From contig OZ024740.1 of assembly GCA_964016885.1 (NCBI GenBank), positions 307,830,001 through 307,894,000 of the forward strand: DNA of 64,000 nucleotides, read 5' to 3'. This DNA comes from Eledone cirrhosa (taxonomy: Eukaryota). How positions within the stretch are numbered: position 1 is the first letter of the stretch; every line of letters starts with the position of its first letter. Shown here piece by piece: positions 37,478 through 51,771 of this stretch. The position numbers and the translations under genes were made by a program. Under the pieces are notes generated by a model. The model made no database searches. It was not told the origin of the DNA and worked only from the letters and a program-made list of their open reading frames with translations.

Positions 37478-39644
37478 GTACTATAATATATGCTAGTGTA
37501 CTACATAGTAACTATAATATATGCTAGTGTACTACATAGTAACTATAATATATGCTAGTGTACTACATAGTAACTATAATATATGCTAGTGTACTACATA
37601 GTAACTATAAGATATGCTAGTGTACTACATAGTAACTATAATATATGCTAGTGTACTACACAGTAACTATAATATATGCTAGTGTACTACATAGTAACTA
37701 TAATATATGCTAGTGTACTGTATAGTAACTATAATATATGCTAGTGTACTACATAGTAACTATAAGATATGCTAGTGTACTACATAGTAACTATAATATA
37801 TGCTAGTGTACTACATAGTAACTATAATATATGCTAGTGTACTACATAGTAACTATAAGAAATGCTAGTGTACTACATAGTAACTATAATATATGCTAGT
37901 GTACTACATAGTAACTATAATATATGCTAGTGTACTACATAGTAACTATAAGATATGCTAGTGTACTGTATAGTAACTATAATATATGCTAGTGTACTAC
38001 ATAGTAACTATAATATATGCTAGTGTACTACATAGTAACTATAAGATATGCTAGTGTACTGTATAGTAACTATAATATATGCTAGTGTACTGTATAGTAA
38101 CTATAATATATGCTAGTGTACTATATAGTAACTATAATATATGCTAGTGTACTGTATAGTAACTATAATATATGCTAGTGTACTACATAGTAACTATAAG
38201 ATATGCTAGTGTACTACATAGTAACTATAATATATGCTAGTGTACTACATAGTAACTATAATATATGCTAGTGTACTACATAGTAACTATAAGATATGCT
38301 AGTGTATTACATAGTAACTATAATATATGCTAGTGTACTGTATAGTAACTATAATATATGCTAGTGTACTGTATAGTAACTATAATATATGCTAGTGTAC
38401 TGTATAGTAACTATAATATATGCTAGTGTACTACATAGTAACTATAATATATGCTAGTGTACTATATATTAACTATAATATATGCTAGTGTACTGTATAG
38501 TAACTATAATATATGCTAGTGTACTACATAGTAACTATAATATATGCTAGTGTACTATATAGTAACTATAAGATATGCTAGTGTACTACATAGTAACTAT
38601 AATATATGCTAGTGTACTACATAGTAACTATAATATATGCTAGTGTACTATATTGTAACTATAAAATATGCTAGTGTACTACATAGTAACTATAATATAT
38701 GCTAGTGTACTGTATAGTAACTATAATATATGCTAGTGTACTATATTGTAACTATAATATATGCTATTGTACTACATAGTAACTATAATATATGCTAGTG
38801 TACTATATTGTAACTATAATATATGCTAGTGTACTACATAGTAACTATAATATATGCTAGTGTACTGTATAGTAACTATAATATATGCTAGTGTACTATA
38901 TTGTAACTATAAAATATGCTAGTGTACTACATAGTAACTATAATATATGCTAGTGTACTGTATAGTAACTATAATATATGCTAGTGTACTATATTGTAAC
39001 TATAATATATGCTAGTGTACTACATAGTAACTATAATATATGCTAGTGTAGTACATAGTAACTATAATATATGCTAGTGTACTACATAGTAACTATAATA
39101 TATGCTAGTGTACTATATAGTAACTATAATATATGCTAGTGTACTATATAGTAACTATAATATATGCTAGTGTACTATATAGTAACTATAATATATGCTA
39201 GTGTACTACATAGTAACTATAATATATGCTAGTGTACTACATAGTAACTATAAGATATGCTAGTGTACTATATTGTAACTATAATATATGCTAGTGAACT
39301 GTATAGTAACTATAATATATGCTAGTGTACTATATTGTAACTATAATATATGCTAGTGTACTGTATAGTAACTATAATATATGCTAGTGTACTATATTGT
39401 AACTATAATATATGCTAGTGAACTGTATAGTAACTATAATATATGCTAGTGTACTACATAGTAACTATAATATATGCTAGTGTACTACATAGTAACTATA
39501 ATATATGCTAGTGTACTACATAGTAACTATAATATATGCTAGTGTACTACATAGTAACTATAATATATGCTAGTGTACTACATAGTAACTATAATATATG
39601 CTAGTGTACTATATAGTAACTATAATATATGCTAGTGTACTATA

Positions 39645-39820
39645 TCTATATATCTAAAACAGAGAATGTCTGTCTGTCTGATTCCTTACAACTCAAGAAC
39701 CACCCAACGGATTGTTTTCAAACTTTACACATTTAATACTTATGGTCGTGTGAGTGTTTTGAGCAAAAGAAATTTCAAATTTCCAATGCCCTAGGGACCG
39801 CATTAGGTGCCGAATGTCGT
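39645..39820 (+). mobile_element. Helitron-like 5' fragment in the satellite (copy 1)
   Basis: A|TCTATATATCTAAAACAGAGAATGTCTGTCTGTCTG start; identical to 42635-42810. Confidence 0.55.
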
Positions 39821-42634
39821 GTATAGTAACTATAAAATATGCTAGTGTAATTAGCATATTTAATATGCATATTTAAATATGCATAGTAACTATAATATAT
39901 GCTAGTGTACTATATAGTAACTATAATATATGCTAGTGTACTGTATAGTAACTATAATATATGCTAGTGTACTACATAGTAACTATAAAATATGCTAGTG
40001 TACTATATATTAACTATAATATATGCTAGTGTACTACATAGTAACTATAATATATGCTAGTGTACTACATAGTAACTATAATATATGCTAGTGTACTACA
40101 TAGTAACTATAATATATGCTAGTGTACTACATAGTAACTATAATATATGCTAGTGTACTACATAGTAACTATAATATATGCTAGTGCACTACATAGTAAC
40201 TATAAGATATGCTAGTGTACTACATAGTAACTATAATATATGCTAGTGTACTATATTGTAACTATAATATATGCTAGTGTACTACATAGTAACTATAATA
40301 TATGCTAGTGTACTGTATAGTAAATATAATATATGCTAGTGTACTACATAGTAACTATAATATATGCTAGTGTACTACATAGTAACTATAATATATGCTA
40401 GTGTACTACATAGTAACTATAATATATGCTAGTGTACTACATAGTAACTATAATATATGCTAGTGTACTGTATAGCAACTATAATATATGCTAGTGTACT
40501 ACATAGTAACTATAATATATGCTAGTGTACTACATAGTAACTATAATATATGCTAGTGTACTATATATTAACTATAATATATGCTAGTGTACTGTATAGT
40601 AACTATAATATATGCTAGTGTACTACATAGTAACTATAATATATGCTAGTGTACTGTATAGTAACTATAATATATGCTAGTGTACTACATAGTAACTATA
40701 ATATATGCTAGTGTACTTACTATATTGTAACTATAAAATATGCTAGTGTACTGCATAGTAACTATAATATATGCTAGTGTACTGTATAGTAACTATAATA
40801 TATGCTAGTGTACTACATAGTAACTATAAAATATGCTAGTGTACTGTATAGTAACTATAATATATGCTAGTGTACTATATAGTAACTATAATATATGATA
40901 GTGTACTATATAGTAACTATAATATATGATAGTGTACTATATAGTAACTATAATATATGCTAGTGTACTATATTGTAACGATAATATATGCTAGTTTACT
41001 ACATAGTAACTATACTATATGCTAGTGTACTGTATAGTAACTATAATATATGCTAGTGTACTATATAGTAACTATAAAATATGCTAGTGTACTACATAGT
41101 AACTATGATATATGCTAGTGTACTATATTGTAACTATAAAATATGCTAGTGTACTGTATAGTAACTATAATATATGCTAGTGTACTATATAGTAACTATA
41201 ATATATGCTAGTGTACTGTATAGTAACTATAATATATGCTAGTGTACTATATAGTAACTATAATATATGCTAGTGTACTGTATAGTAACTATAATATATG
41301 CTAGTGTACTATATTGTCACTATAACATATGCTAGTGTACTACATAGTGACTATAATATATGCTAGTGTACTGTATAGTAACTATAATATATGCTAGTGT
41401 ACTGTATAGTAACTATAATATATGCTAGTGTACTATATAGTAACTATAATATATGCTAGTGTACTATATAGTAACAATAATATATGCTAGTGTACTATAT
41501 AGTAACTATATGATATGCTAGTGTACTATATAGTAACTATAATATATGCTAGTGTATTATATATTAACTATAATATATGCTAGTGTACTATATAGTAACT
41601 ATAATATATGCTAGTGTACTGTATATTAACTATAATATATGCTAGTGTACTATATAGTAACTATAATATATGCTAGTGTACTATATAGTAACTATAAGAT
41701 ATGATAGTGTATATAATATATGCTAGTGTACTATATAGTAATTATAATGTATGCTAGTGTACTGTATAGTAACTATAATATATGCTAGTGTACTATATAG
41801 TAACTATAATATATGCTAGTGTACTACATAGTAACTATAAGATATGCTAGTGTACTACATAGTAACTATAATATATGCTAGTGTACTACATAGTGACTAT
41901 AATATATGCTAGTGTACTGTATAGTAACTATAATATATGCTAGTGTACTGTATAGTAACTATAATATATGCTAGTGTACTATATAGTAACTATAATATAT
42001 GCTAGTGTACTATATAGTAACAATAATATATGCTAGTGTACTATATAGTAACTATATGATATGCTAGTGTACTATATAGTAACTATAATATATGCTAGTG
42101 TATTATATATTAACTATAATATATGCTAGTGTACTATATAGTAACTATAATATATGCTAGTGTACTGTATAGTAACTATAATATATGCTAGTGTACTGTA
42201 TAGTAACTATAATATATGCTAGTGTACTACATAGTAACTATAAGATATGCTAGTGTACTACATAGTAACTATAATATATGCTAGTGTACTACATAGTAAC
42301 TATAATATATGCTAGTGTACTACATAGTAACTATAATATATGCTAGTGTACTACATAGTAACTATAATATATGCTAGTGTACTACATAGTAACTATAATA
42401 TATGCTAGTGAACTGTATAGTAACTATAATATATGCTAGTGTACTACATAGTAACTATAATATAAGCTAGTGTACTACATAGTAACTATAATATATGCTA
42501 GTGTAGTACATAGTAACTATAATATATGCTAGTGTACTACATAGTAACTATAATATATGCTAGTGTACTATATAGTAACTATAATATATGCTAGTGTACT
42601 ATATAGTAACTATAATATATGCTAGTGTACTATA

Positions 42635-42810
42635 TCTATATATCTAAAACAGAGAATGTCTGTCTGTCTGATTCCTTACAACTCAAGAACCACCCAACGG
42701 ATTGTTTTCAAACTTTACACATTTAATACTTATGGTCGTGTGAGTGTTTTGAGCAAAAGAAATTTCAAATTTCCAATGCCCTAGGGACCGCATTAGGTGC
42801 CGAATGTCGT
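42635..42810 (+). mobile_element. Helitron-like 5' fragment in the satellite (copy 2)
   Basis: Identical to 39645-39820, offset 2990 bp. Confidence 0.55.
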
Positions 42811-43506
42811 GTATAGTAACTATAAAATATGCTAGTGTAATTAGCATATTTAATATGCATATTTAAATATGCATAGTAACTATAATATATGCTAGTGTAC
42901 TATATAGTAACTATAATATATGCCAGTGTACTATATAGTAACTATAAAATATGCTAGTGTACTACATAGTAACTATAATATATGCTAGTGTACTACATAG
43001 TAACTATAATATATGCTAGTGTACTACATAGTAACTATAATATATGCTAGTGTACTACATAGTAACTATAATATATGCTAGTGTACTACATAGTAACTAT
43101 AATATATGCTAGTGTACTACATAGTAACTATAATATATGCTAGTGTACTATATAGTAACTATAATATATGCTAGTGTACTGTATAGTAACTATAATATAT
43201 GCTAGTGTACTACATAGTAACTATAAAATATGCTAGTGTACTATATATTAACTATAATATATGCTAGTGTACTACATAGTAACTATAATATATGCTAGTG
43301 TACTACATAGTAACTATAATATATGCTAGTGTACTACATAGTAACTATAATATATGCTAGTGTACTATATAGTAACTATAATATATGCTAGTGTACTGCA
43401 TAGTAACTATAATATATCCTAGTGTACTACATGGTAACTATAATATATGCGAGTGTACTACATAGTAACTATAAAATATGCTAGTGAACTATATAGTAAC
43501 TATAAT

Positions 43507-43596
43507 TGTTTCTACTTTTGGCACAAGGCCAGCAATTATCCCAGTACATTACTGGTACTTTATTTTATCGACCTTGTAAGGATGAAAGGCAAAGTT
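43507..43596 (-). mobile_element. 5'-truncated SINE family B in the satellite
   Basis: 3' ~90 bp of family B, flanked by duplicated actatatagtaactataat. Confidence 0.8.
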
Positions 43597-44849
43597 ATAC
43601 TATATAGTAACTATAATATATGCTAGTGTACTACATAGTAAGTATATTATATGCTAGTGTACTATATAGTAACTATAATATATGCTAGTGTATTATATAT
43701 TAACTATAATATATGCTAGTGTACTACATAGTAACTATAATATATGCTAGTGTTCTACATAGTAACTATAATATATGCTAGTGTACTATATGTATATTAA
43801 CTATAATATATGCTAGTGTACTGTATATTAAATATAATATATGCTAGTGTACTATATAGTAACTATAATATATGCTGGTGTACTATATATTAACTATAAT
43901 ATATGCTAGTGTACTATATAGTAACTATAACATATGCTAGTGTACTATATAGTAACAATAATATATGCTAGTGTACTACATAGCAACTATAATATATGCT
44001 AGTGTACTGTATATTAAATATAATATATGCTAGTGTACTACATAGTAACTATAATATATGCTAGTGTACTGTATAGTAACTATAATATATGCTAGTGTAT
44101 TATATATTAACTATAATATATGCTAGTGTACTACGTAGTAACTATAATATATGCTAGTGTACTATATGTATATTAACTATAATATATGCTAGTGTACTGT
44201 ATATTAAATATAATATATGCTAGTGTACTACATAGCAACTATAATATATGCTAGTGTACTGTATAGTAACTATAATATATGCTAGTGTACTATATATTAA
44301 CTATAATATATGCTAGTGTACTACATAGTAACTATAATATATGCTAGTGTACTATATTGTAACTATAATATATTCTAGTGTACTATATATTAACTATAAT
44401 ATATGCTAGTGTACTATATAGTAACTATAATATATGCTAGTGTACTATATATTAACTATAATATATGCTAGTGTACTATATAGTAACTATAAAATATGCT
44501 AATATTGTAACTATACTATAGTGTACTATAGTAAATGACTTGTTATATAAATGGTAGCAAGTTAGATTGTTTTTGTTAGAGAGATTTGAGAGTAGGAGAG
44601 TGAAAAAGAAAAGAAAATGTTCGCTTATTGTGATGTTACCAAATAATAGTCTCTGTTGTTGTATAATGTTGATAAGCTGAAGTACTTAATGTTACAAATA
44701 TTGTATGAAAAATAAAACTGTTGTTGTGTTTGATTCTCCTGTATTTGTTGATGATGGTGTGGTGGTGGAGTAAATGAGGGGTGGGGACGCAGGCTGGTAT
44801 TGGTTGGCAAAATAATGCAACTGCCAGCACTCAGTAGTGGATCTGAGTT

Positions 44850-44953
<104 letters not shown>

Positions 44954-45507
44954 GTATATAAAAGAAAAAAACCTGAAAAAGAAAAGGAAGTAGTGTCAGG
45001 TGTATAATGCACATCTGGAGTATTGATTGGAATGAAACTAAAGGACATTGCCAATTCAGTTGTATCACCTAAACACAAGGACAACAACAACAGCAGTAGT
45101 AGCAGTAGTAGCAGCAGCAGTAGCAGTAGCAACAGAAACTGCACATAAATCTTATGGATAAAGCAATCTAAAAATAATCAATGTTTCTTGTACAAGTCAT
45201 TATTTCTCTTCTTTATGTGCACTGTGCACTCTTGGGAGTTCTAACTGTTGTTGCATGTAGCAGGCAAGAGTACTACTAACACCAAAACTTTAGGATTTAG
45301 AGAATATCATTTCAACCAAGTGAGAAATAATGTAATATTAAGTTTGTTTTTATAGTAAAGTTATGAATTAAATTGCAGTATAGCTTGTAAGAAGGTAGTT
45401 CATACATTTGTAGATTAGTTATTAATGACTTATAGTACATAGAGATTTTTCAAAAGACAGAATAACTTTGGGATTATCTAATCCTATTTGGAGATATAGT
45501 AGTCCTT

Positions 45508-45790
45508 GTCTTCTTCTTCTTCTTCTTCTTCTTCTTCTTCTTCTTCTTCTTCTTCTTCTTCTTCTCTCCTCCTCCTCCTCCTCCTCCTCCACCTCCTCCG
45601 CCTCCCCCTCCTCCTTCTCCTTCTTCTTCTTCTTCTTCTTCTTCTTCTTCTTCTTCTCCTCCTCCTCATCCTCCTCCTCCTTCTCTTTCTTCTTCTTCTT
45701 CTCCCCCCCTCCTCCTCCTCCTCCTCCTTCTTCTTCTCCTTCTTCTTCTTCTTCTTCTCCTCCCCCCCCCCTCCACCTCCTTCCCCTCCT
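45508..45790. repeat. (CTT)n/(CCT)n polypyrimidine microsatellite
   Basis: Read directly from sequence. Confidence 0.95.
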
Positions 45791-45794
45791 TGAT

Positions 45795-46142
45795 ACCTCT
45801 TCCAGCCCATGAAGATTATGAACAGGAAAGGTGACAGAGTGTTCCCTTGGCATTGTCCAACACCCACATTGAATAGTTTTGCCAGCACCGTTTATCCAAA
45901 CACAAATACTACAACATTCATATAGAGACACCAGGGCATCAAGAATCTTCCACAACAGTTCCTGTGGAACATGGTCATTATAGCTTTTTGAGTTCTATGA
46001 AACAAGAAAACAACTTTTGGCAATACTCCCACAGTGTGAACATTTGGTCATTCAGGGCAAAAACTACACTGTTTGTCAGCTAGCTTAGACTTGACAATAT
46101 CTCTACATCTATTTGCCAGACACCTAGTATAGACTTTACCAG
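45795..46142 (-). mobile_element. RTE second-family RT fragment
   Basis: LFNVGVGQCQGNTLSPFLFIIFM motif; homologous to ~21290-21670. Confidence 0.7.
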
Positions 46143-46299
46143 GGTTATATATTAATGTGAACCTCATTAAATATCGATTTTTCAACATGAACCATTTTAA
46201 TATTATGATTATACATGTTAAAGAAAGTAGTTAGTTGGTGTATATATTTTGTACTAGTTAGCTAGCTTTTATATTCATCTGGCTTCACTTCCCATATGG

Positions 46300-47240
46300 T
46301 GATTATGTTGAAAGCATTTTGCATCACTCGGGTATATGGTAACAAATACAACTTCTTTTTTTAATATGAGTTCAAATTAAAACATAACACAACTGAAGTT
46401 CCAAAATACATGAAATTAAGAATTGGAGAGAATTGTGTTATCCTGTGAATGGTGCATCAGTAACTTTAGAATGTTCGCTCTCATGATGAGAGACTTTAGT
46501 GTGAGACATAAGGGAAACAAAAGTGTGCCATAAATGAAAATGTGAACTGGTGGAAAGAAACTCTCAAACAACAGTTCAACAACTTACAGCAGGCCTTGCA
46601 GTATCATCTATGTTTCTTGCTATTTGTGTGCTATTGTAAAAGTGAAGAGGTTGAATGAATGTGTTCTATATAAATTGACTGAACATTAGAAATTGCAGCA
46701 GCTAAAAGTGTGTTCAGTGGTGCTAATCTGCTGCAAAAAGGAAACTTTTCTGTACTGCATTGCTATTTAAGATATGAAGTGTATCTTGTTTGGCAATAAT
46801 AAATAATCTGGGTAATGGTTACACTAAAAAATGGATATGGTAATTGTATGGGGGTCTACAAAAGCATAATCCACTATTATTTTTCAGCAACAAGAAAAAT
46901 CAATTACTATAAATTCATACTGCCAAGAAATCGACTGTATGCACGAAAAACTAAAATCAAAACAGACAAGACTAGTTAACAGAAACGAACCAATTCTGCT
47001 GTATGACAACACTCAGCCACACATTTCTCAAATCCCTCTATGAAAATCTCCTCAAGAGATTACTACCTTTTCAAACACTTGAAATTGTTCATACTTAATT
47101 TATGAATCAAGTCAACCTAGCTGAAGCATATAAGCAGTTCATAGTCTCAGAAGAAACATTTTTTAAAACAGTAACATCTAATTAAACATCACATTAACAA
47201 AAGATAATTGAATGTAATGGAGCATATTCTGACCAAATAA
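46300..47240 (+). mobile_element. heavily decayed mariner transposase
   Basis: SYCQEIDCMHEKLKSKQTRLVNRNEPILLYDNTQPH, DYYLFKHL and IECNGAY motifs. Confidence 0.7.
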
Positions 47241-47393
47241 ATTTGCATAATCCCATTTATAATGTGTTTAAAGTGTTATGATATTTTATAGAATATATCA
47301 TTAACTGCAGCAGATACAATATTAACCAAGCTACCACACTAACCATGCTACATACACCATTAACTAAATAGCTATAATATATTAAACCACACA

Positions 47394-47396
<3 letters not shown>

Positions 47397-47462
<66 letters not shown>

Positions 47463-47469
47463 GGAGAGA

Positions 47470-47542
<73 letters not shown>
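47397..47542. repeat. (TA)n(GA)n compound microsatellite
   Basis: Read directly from sequence. Confidence 0.95.
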
Positions 47543-47543
<1 letters not shown>

Positions 47544-49094
47544 ATGGTTATATATTAATCATGATAAACTCATCTTAAAGTTTGTAAAAATTCATGTCAC
47601 ATTTAAAATAACAATCAAGATATTTGGGTGAGATTGTCATTCAACAGTTCTTGCAGCAGGGTCAATTATACAAGACTCTGCTTGTGTGCAGTTTAGATAC
47701 CAGCATATATAGAACTTTGATGAAATCCAAATTGGTTTGATGCTTTCAAACTAATATATATCTATTCCTTGTTGTTTCCATTGTAACATCAATGCTTGCT
47801 ACTCATATGAACTCAGTGTAATTCATTAGATGTCTTCTCGTATTGTATGTTTACATTGATTATTTGTTTACATTAGTTGGGTTTCAAAACATCTCATAGC
47901 TGTTATTTGGAATGGATTTTTTAAATGTTTTGTTTTTGTTCTATTTATTTTCTTCTCTATTTATCTGATCTATTGATTAGAATGTTGAATGTGCACTGTT
48001 CAACCGTATTCACTGGAAGCTTGACAACTATATAATGCACTTGTTTATGGCAGCTGATTTCAATAAATTTTTTCACTGGCAGATATATTATCTATGCACT
48101 TCATTGCAGCTATGTTCTGTGTAAGAGCATTTAAATATTGCATTTGAAGTGGTCTATCATTAGAATCGATTAATAACTAATCATGGGGGACCTAAAGCAC
48201 TAATTGTTATGTGAAAATTGTGTCCTATAATTTATGATTTATGCATTTTAGAGAGGTGCACTTATGCAGAACCTACCCAATTCATACTAACATGGACAGA
48301 TGATAGTAAGAAGGAGGATGGTATTGAGAGTAATTGTTTATGAAAATGATGATGATGTTCATGATGTGATTGTGGTTGTAGTTATTTAGCCTCAGATTAG
48401 TCTTGGTTGAACAGAACTATGACCAAAGGTGTTTCAACTATAGCACTCTTGTCTTCCAACAGTTTATTTCAGACTTTATTATCAAATATGTCCTTTTTAT
48501 AATCTAATGACTGCCATTTCTAGCATGCCAAACAACCACATAGAGTCTCATTCAGTCAGTGGTTCTAGAAATTTAGATTCCCTTTCTCGCTGGTCAAATG
48601 CCCATGTAAATTATCCCTTATTGACTTGCTGTTATGATAATTTATAATGATGATGATGATATTTCTATAAATGGACAATGATTTTCCCATATTTTATACC
48701 TGTGAATGTTTGAACTTTACTCAATGATTTAGAATAGGGTTTTGAAAATTTTGATTTATCTTTATACATCAAATTTATTGCTAGACCAGTGATGGCTCTC
48801 TTTCTTACCAGTTTGTCCAATTCCAGAAAGTTCTAAAACATCCCATTTAAAACTACTTTAGCTCCCCCTTTTCCTACACTCATGAAAATAGTAACACTCA
48901 GTGCTTCCGATCACTTGTGTGAAAAATATGGACCAGCATGTAAGATTAATTTTATGTTACTCTTCCTCTGCAGGACAACAATCACAAGCTGTTAACTCTT
49001 CTCCAATTTTTTTCTTTTTCTTTCATAAATCCAATATCTAATTTGCAGCTTGCTGAACACTCAAACATTGTTTTTAACTGGAAAGACTATCAAA

Positions 49095-49290
49095 TATAAT
49101 AATAGTTTCAGATTTAGGCACAAGGTCAGTCATTTTGGTTGAGGGGAAAGTCGATTAAATTGAGCCCAGTCAGTGCATGACTGGTACTTTATTTTATCGA
49201 TGGCATAAGGATGAAAGGCAAAGCTAACCTCAGCCGGATTTGAACACAGAATGTAAAGATCCTTAACTCTATGCCACAAAGCATAGTGTC
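49095..49290 (-). mobile_element. SINE family B, longer subtype
   Basis: GGCACAAGG...CTGGTACTTTATTTTATCGA...GGATGAAAGGCAAAG...GGATTTGAAC. Confidence 0.7.
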
Positions 49291-50162
49291 CATCAACTGC
49301 CATAACATGTCAATCAACTGCCATAACATGCTTTTATACATATACACTAAAATTTAGTTTTATCTTATATATGATAGCAACCATACCTGGTCTTATTATC
49401 TAATATATATAAACTATATACTAATTTGAATTCACTATTCTTGTATTTTAGATTTTCAAAATATACTGTATAGTATTCAATTTGTACAAGAATGTGGTTC
49501 ACTCAAAATTCTCACAATATTAGCCAACTAGAAGATTGTTCAAGTTGAGCTTTGGAAAAATGTGGTGGAAAATAAAAAATGATCGCATATAAAGTACAAA
49601 AAAATTTTTTTTTTATTCTTCCACTTTTTTTCTTGCTTGGAGAACATCCTTTTTTAAAATTTGTATTTATTTATTTATTTGTGTATTTTATTAATGTACA
49701 AATCTCCATCATTACTCTACATAAATTAAGTATTTTCTAATCACTAGCTTTTTCGAATGTCTATTACAGTGCTTGAAGGTATACAATAGTTTTTCTGTCT
49801 TGGGCTTAAAAAGAACTAATTTTTGAGTGTCATAGCCTAAGACTATCTATCTCCTTGAAAATATGTGCCTCTATGAAAAATGTCAGCTACTTAGGAAAAA
49901 AGCTGTAGCCGACAATTTGTGACATTCTTACACACACACACACGCATATCAAATGATGGTAGTTAAGACAGGATTAAATCACCATAATTGCTCATTGCAT
50001 TATATACATTTCTGTTACATGGTTACTCATGTGACTTCATCAGATTCTTATGCAATCATTGGTGCAGTTATGCAATCATTGTTATATGCTGGTGGCCATG
50101 CACATCCACCCAGTAGTGAAGCAGCCATAGCATACCACAATGATTGCATAACTACACCTATG

Positions 50163-50226
50163 ATTGCATAAGAATCTGATGAAGTCACATGAATAACCAT
50201 GTAACAGAAATATATATAATGTAATA
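50163..50226 (+). ncRNA. hammerhead ribozyme motif (mirror copy on minus strand ~49995-50056)
   Basis: CTGATGA-AGTCACATG aataac CATGTAACA-GAAA-TATATATA-ATGTAAT, with upstream ATTGCAT for stem I. Confidence 0.6.
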
Positions 50227-50269
50227 AGCAATTATAATGATTTAATCCCATCTTAACTACCATTATTTG

Positions 50270-50650
50270 GGCAGTATCGGTAGAAGGACGGACGCCATGC
50301 TTTCCAGCATAGTTACGTCCCTTTACGATCTGAGTTCAAATCCCGCCGAGGTTGACTTTGCCTTTCATCCTTACGGGGTCGATAAAATAAAGTACCAGTA
50401 ATGTACTGGGTAATTGCTGGCCTTGTGCCTAAAGTAGAAACAATTATTTGATAAATGGGCGGTAGATTGGCAGTATGGGTAGAGGATCGGAAGCCATGCT
50501 TTGACGCATTGAGTTACGTCCCTTGCCATTCTGAGTTCAAATGACGCCGAAGTTAACTTTGCCTTTCATCCTTACGAGGTTGATAAAATAATGTACCAGT
50601 AATACACTGGGGTCATAGCTGGCCTTGTGCCAAAAGTAGAAACAATTATT
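50270..50650 (+). mobile_element. two tandem family B SINEs (50270-50450, 50457-50650)
   Basis: Both end AAGTAGAAACAATTATTTG; nested duplications of attatttg(ataaat). Confidence 0.85.
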
Positions 50651-50812
50651 TGATTAATGAATACTCCGTCACTCATTATCAACTAACTTGGATAAACTAC
50701 TGACGTGTAATGCTTTGGATCGCTAGGACTTACTTATCATCAGAATGTTACTATGTAACAACTAAAATAAACCACACTCTTGTACAACTTATATATATAA
50801 ATATATATATAA

Positions 50813-51721
50813 GAACAAAGTGGAGGTGTTACATATGAGATTTATTGCTCAACCTGGTTACAAATGTTTCCCAGTCAGCCGGCTCATGATCTGGGGTCAT
50901 CCCAGACCAGACTCCAAGTCTGCCTGATCCTCAGACCAGTGTTAACACAACAAAAATCACATCAAATCTGTGGACGAACCAGCCAGACACAAACAACAAA
51001 CAAGCCTATAGAATGACCAATCAGGGGCCTACAACCCAACGAACACACGTATCCCAAGAATTACAAAAAATAAATGTTATAAACAAGAACAAAACCAAAA
51101 AGAAAAACAAAATATAAGTGACACACACATACATAAAAGACCTACGCACAGACACACACACCCACATGTAGAAATTGTACATGTACATACATATACATAC
51201 ACACACACACACACATACATACATATACATACACACATCCTCACACATACACATACATACATATGCACACACATACATATAAATACACACACATACATAT
51301 AGATACATACATTATAAAAACACACGCAAAAAATGAACCCTCGAATTCCTGGAGAAGTACATTATGAGGGAGGTTCATACGGGATTTGAAGAAACCCTTA
51401 ATGTCCGAAAGATCAGCATCAGGTGTGATGCAGTCCTTGGCGGTGGCACGGTCTAAAAGGTAAATACGCCACCGTAACCATTAGGTAAATGAGTGCATGT
51501 ACTGTACCATCCTTCACAGGTAAGTGTTGCTATCCGGTATTCGTATATCCTTAGAAGAAGATGCGCAGGTAGAATTCTCCATGGTACTCAGCTGTAAGTG
51601 CTCTACCCAGGGGGGAGCATTATACGTGTAAAAGGTTCAGTAAGTCCGAAGAAAACTAGTGAGAGTACCAATGCCAGCACTTGATGACATGGCACTCTCA
51701 CCAGTTTTCTTTGTGAACTTA

Positions 51722-51725
<4 letters not shown>
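50813..51725 (-). mobile_element. Penelope-like remnant with 5' fold-back and 3' hammerhead
   Basis: Imperfect hairpin 51641-51720 at the 5' end, internal microsatellite, hammerhead then AATAAA near the 3' end, (TA)n flanks. Confidence 0.55.
50854..50939 (-). ncRNA. type I hammerhead motif with long stem II
   Basis: CTGGT-CTGAGGA-[~57 nt stem II containing hairpin TCTGGGATGACCCCAGA]-GAAAC attt GTA-ACCAG. Confidence 0.7.

Positions 51726-51769
<44 letters not shown>

Positions 51770-51771
<2 letters not shown>

Larger units (their letters stand above)
36822..44533. repeat. 31-bp satellite array (~7.7 kb, roughly 220 units)
   Basis: Unit CTATAATATATGCTAGTGTACT(AC/AT/GT)ATAGTAA with period 31 (e.g. 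37481, 37512); degenerate at both edges. Confidence 0.97.
49950..50790 (+). mobile_element. fold-back element with a hammerhead motif in each arm, interrupted by two SINEs
   Basis: Arms ~49950-50095 / ~50122-50269; the tail resumes after 50650 and ends at (TA)n. Confidence 0.7.

Noticed and set aside
36822-44533. CRISPR array
   Set aside because: Head-to-tail 31-bp monomers without spacers, no cas genes, eukaryotic context.
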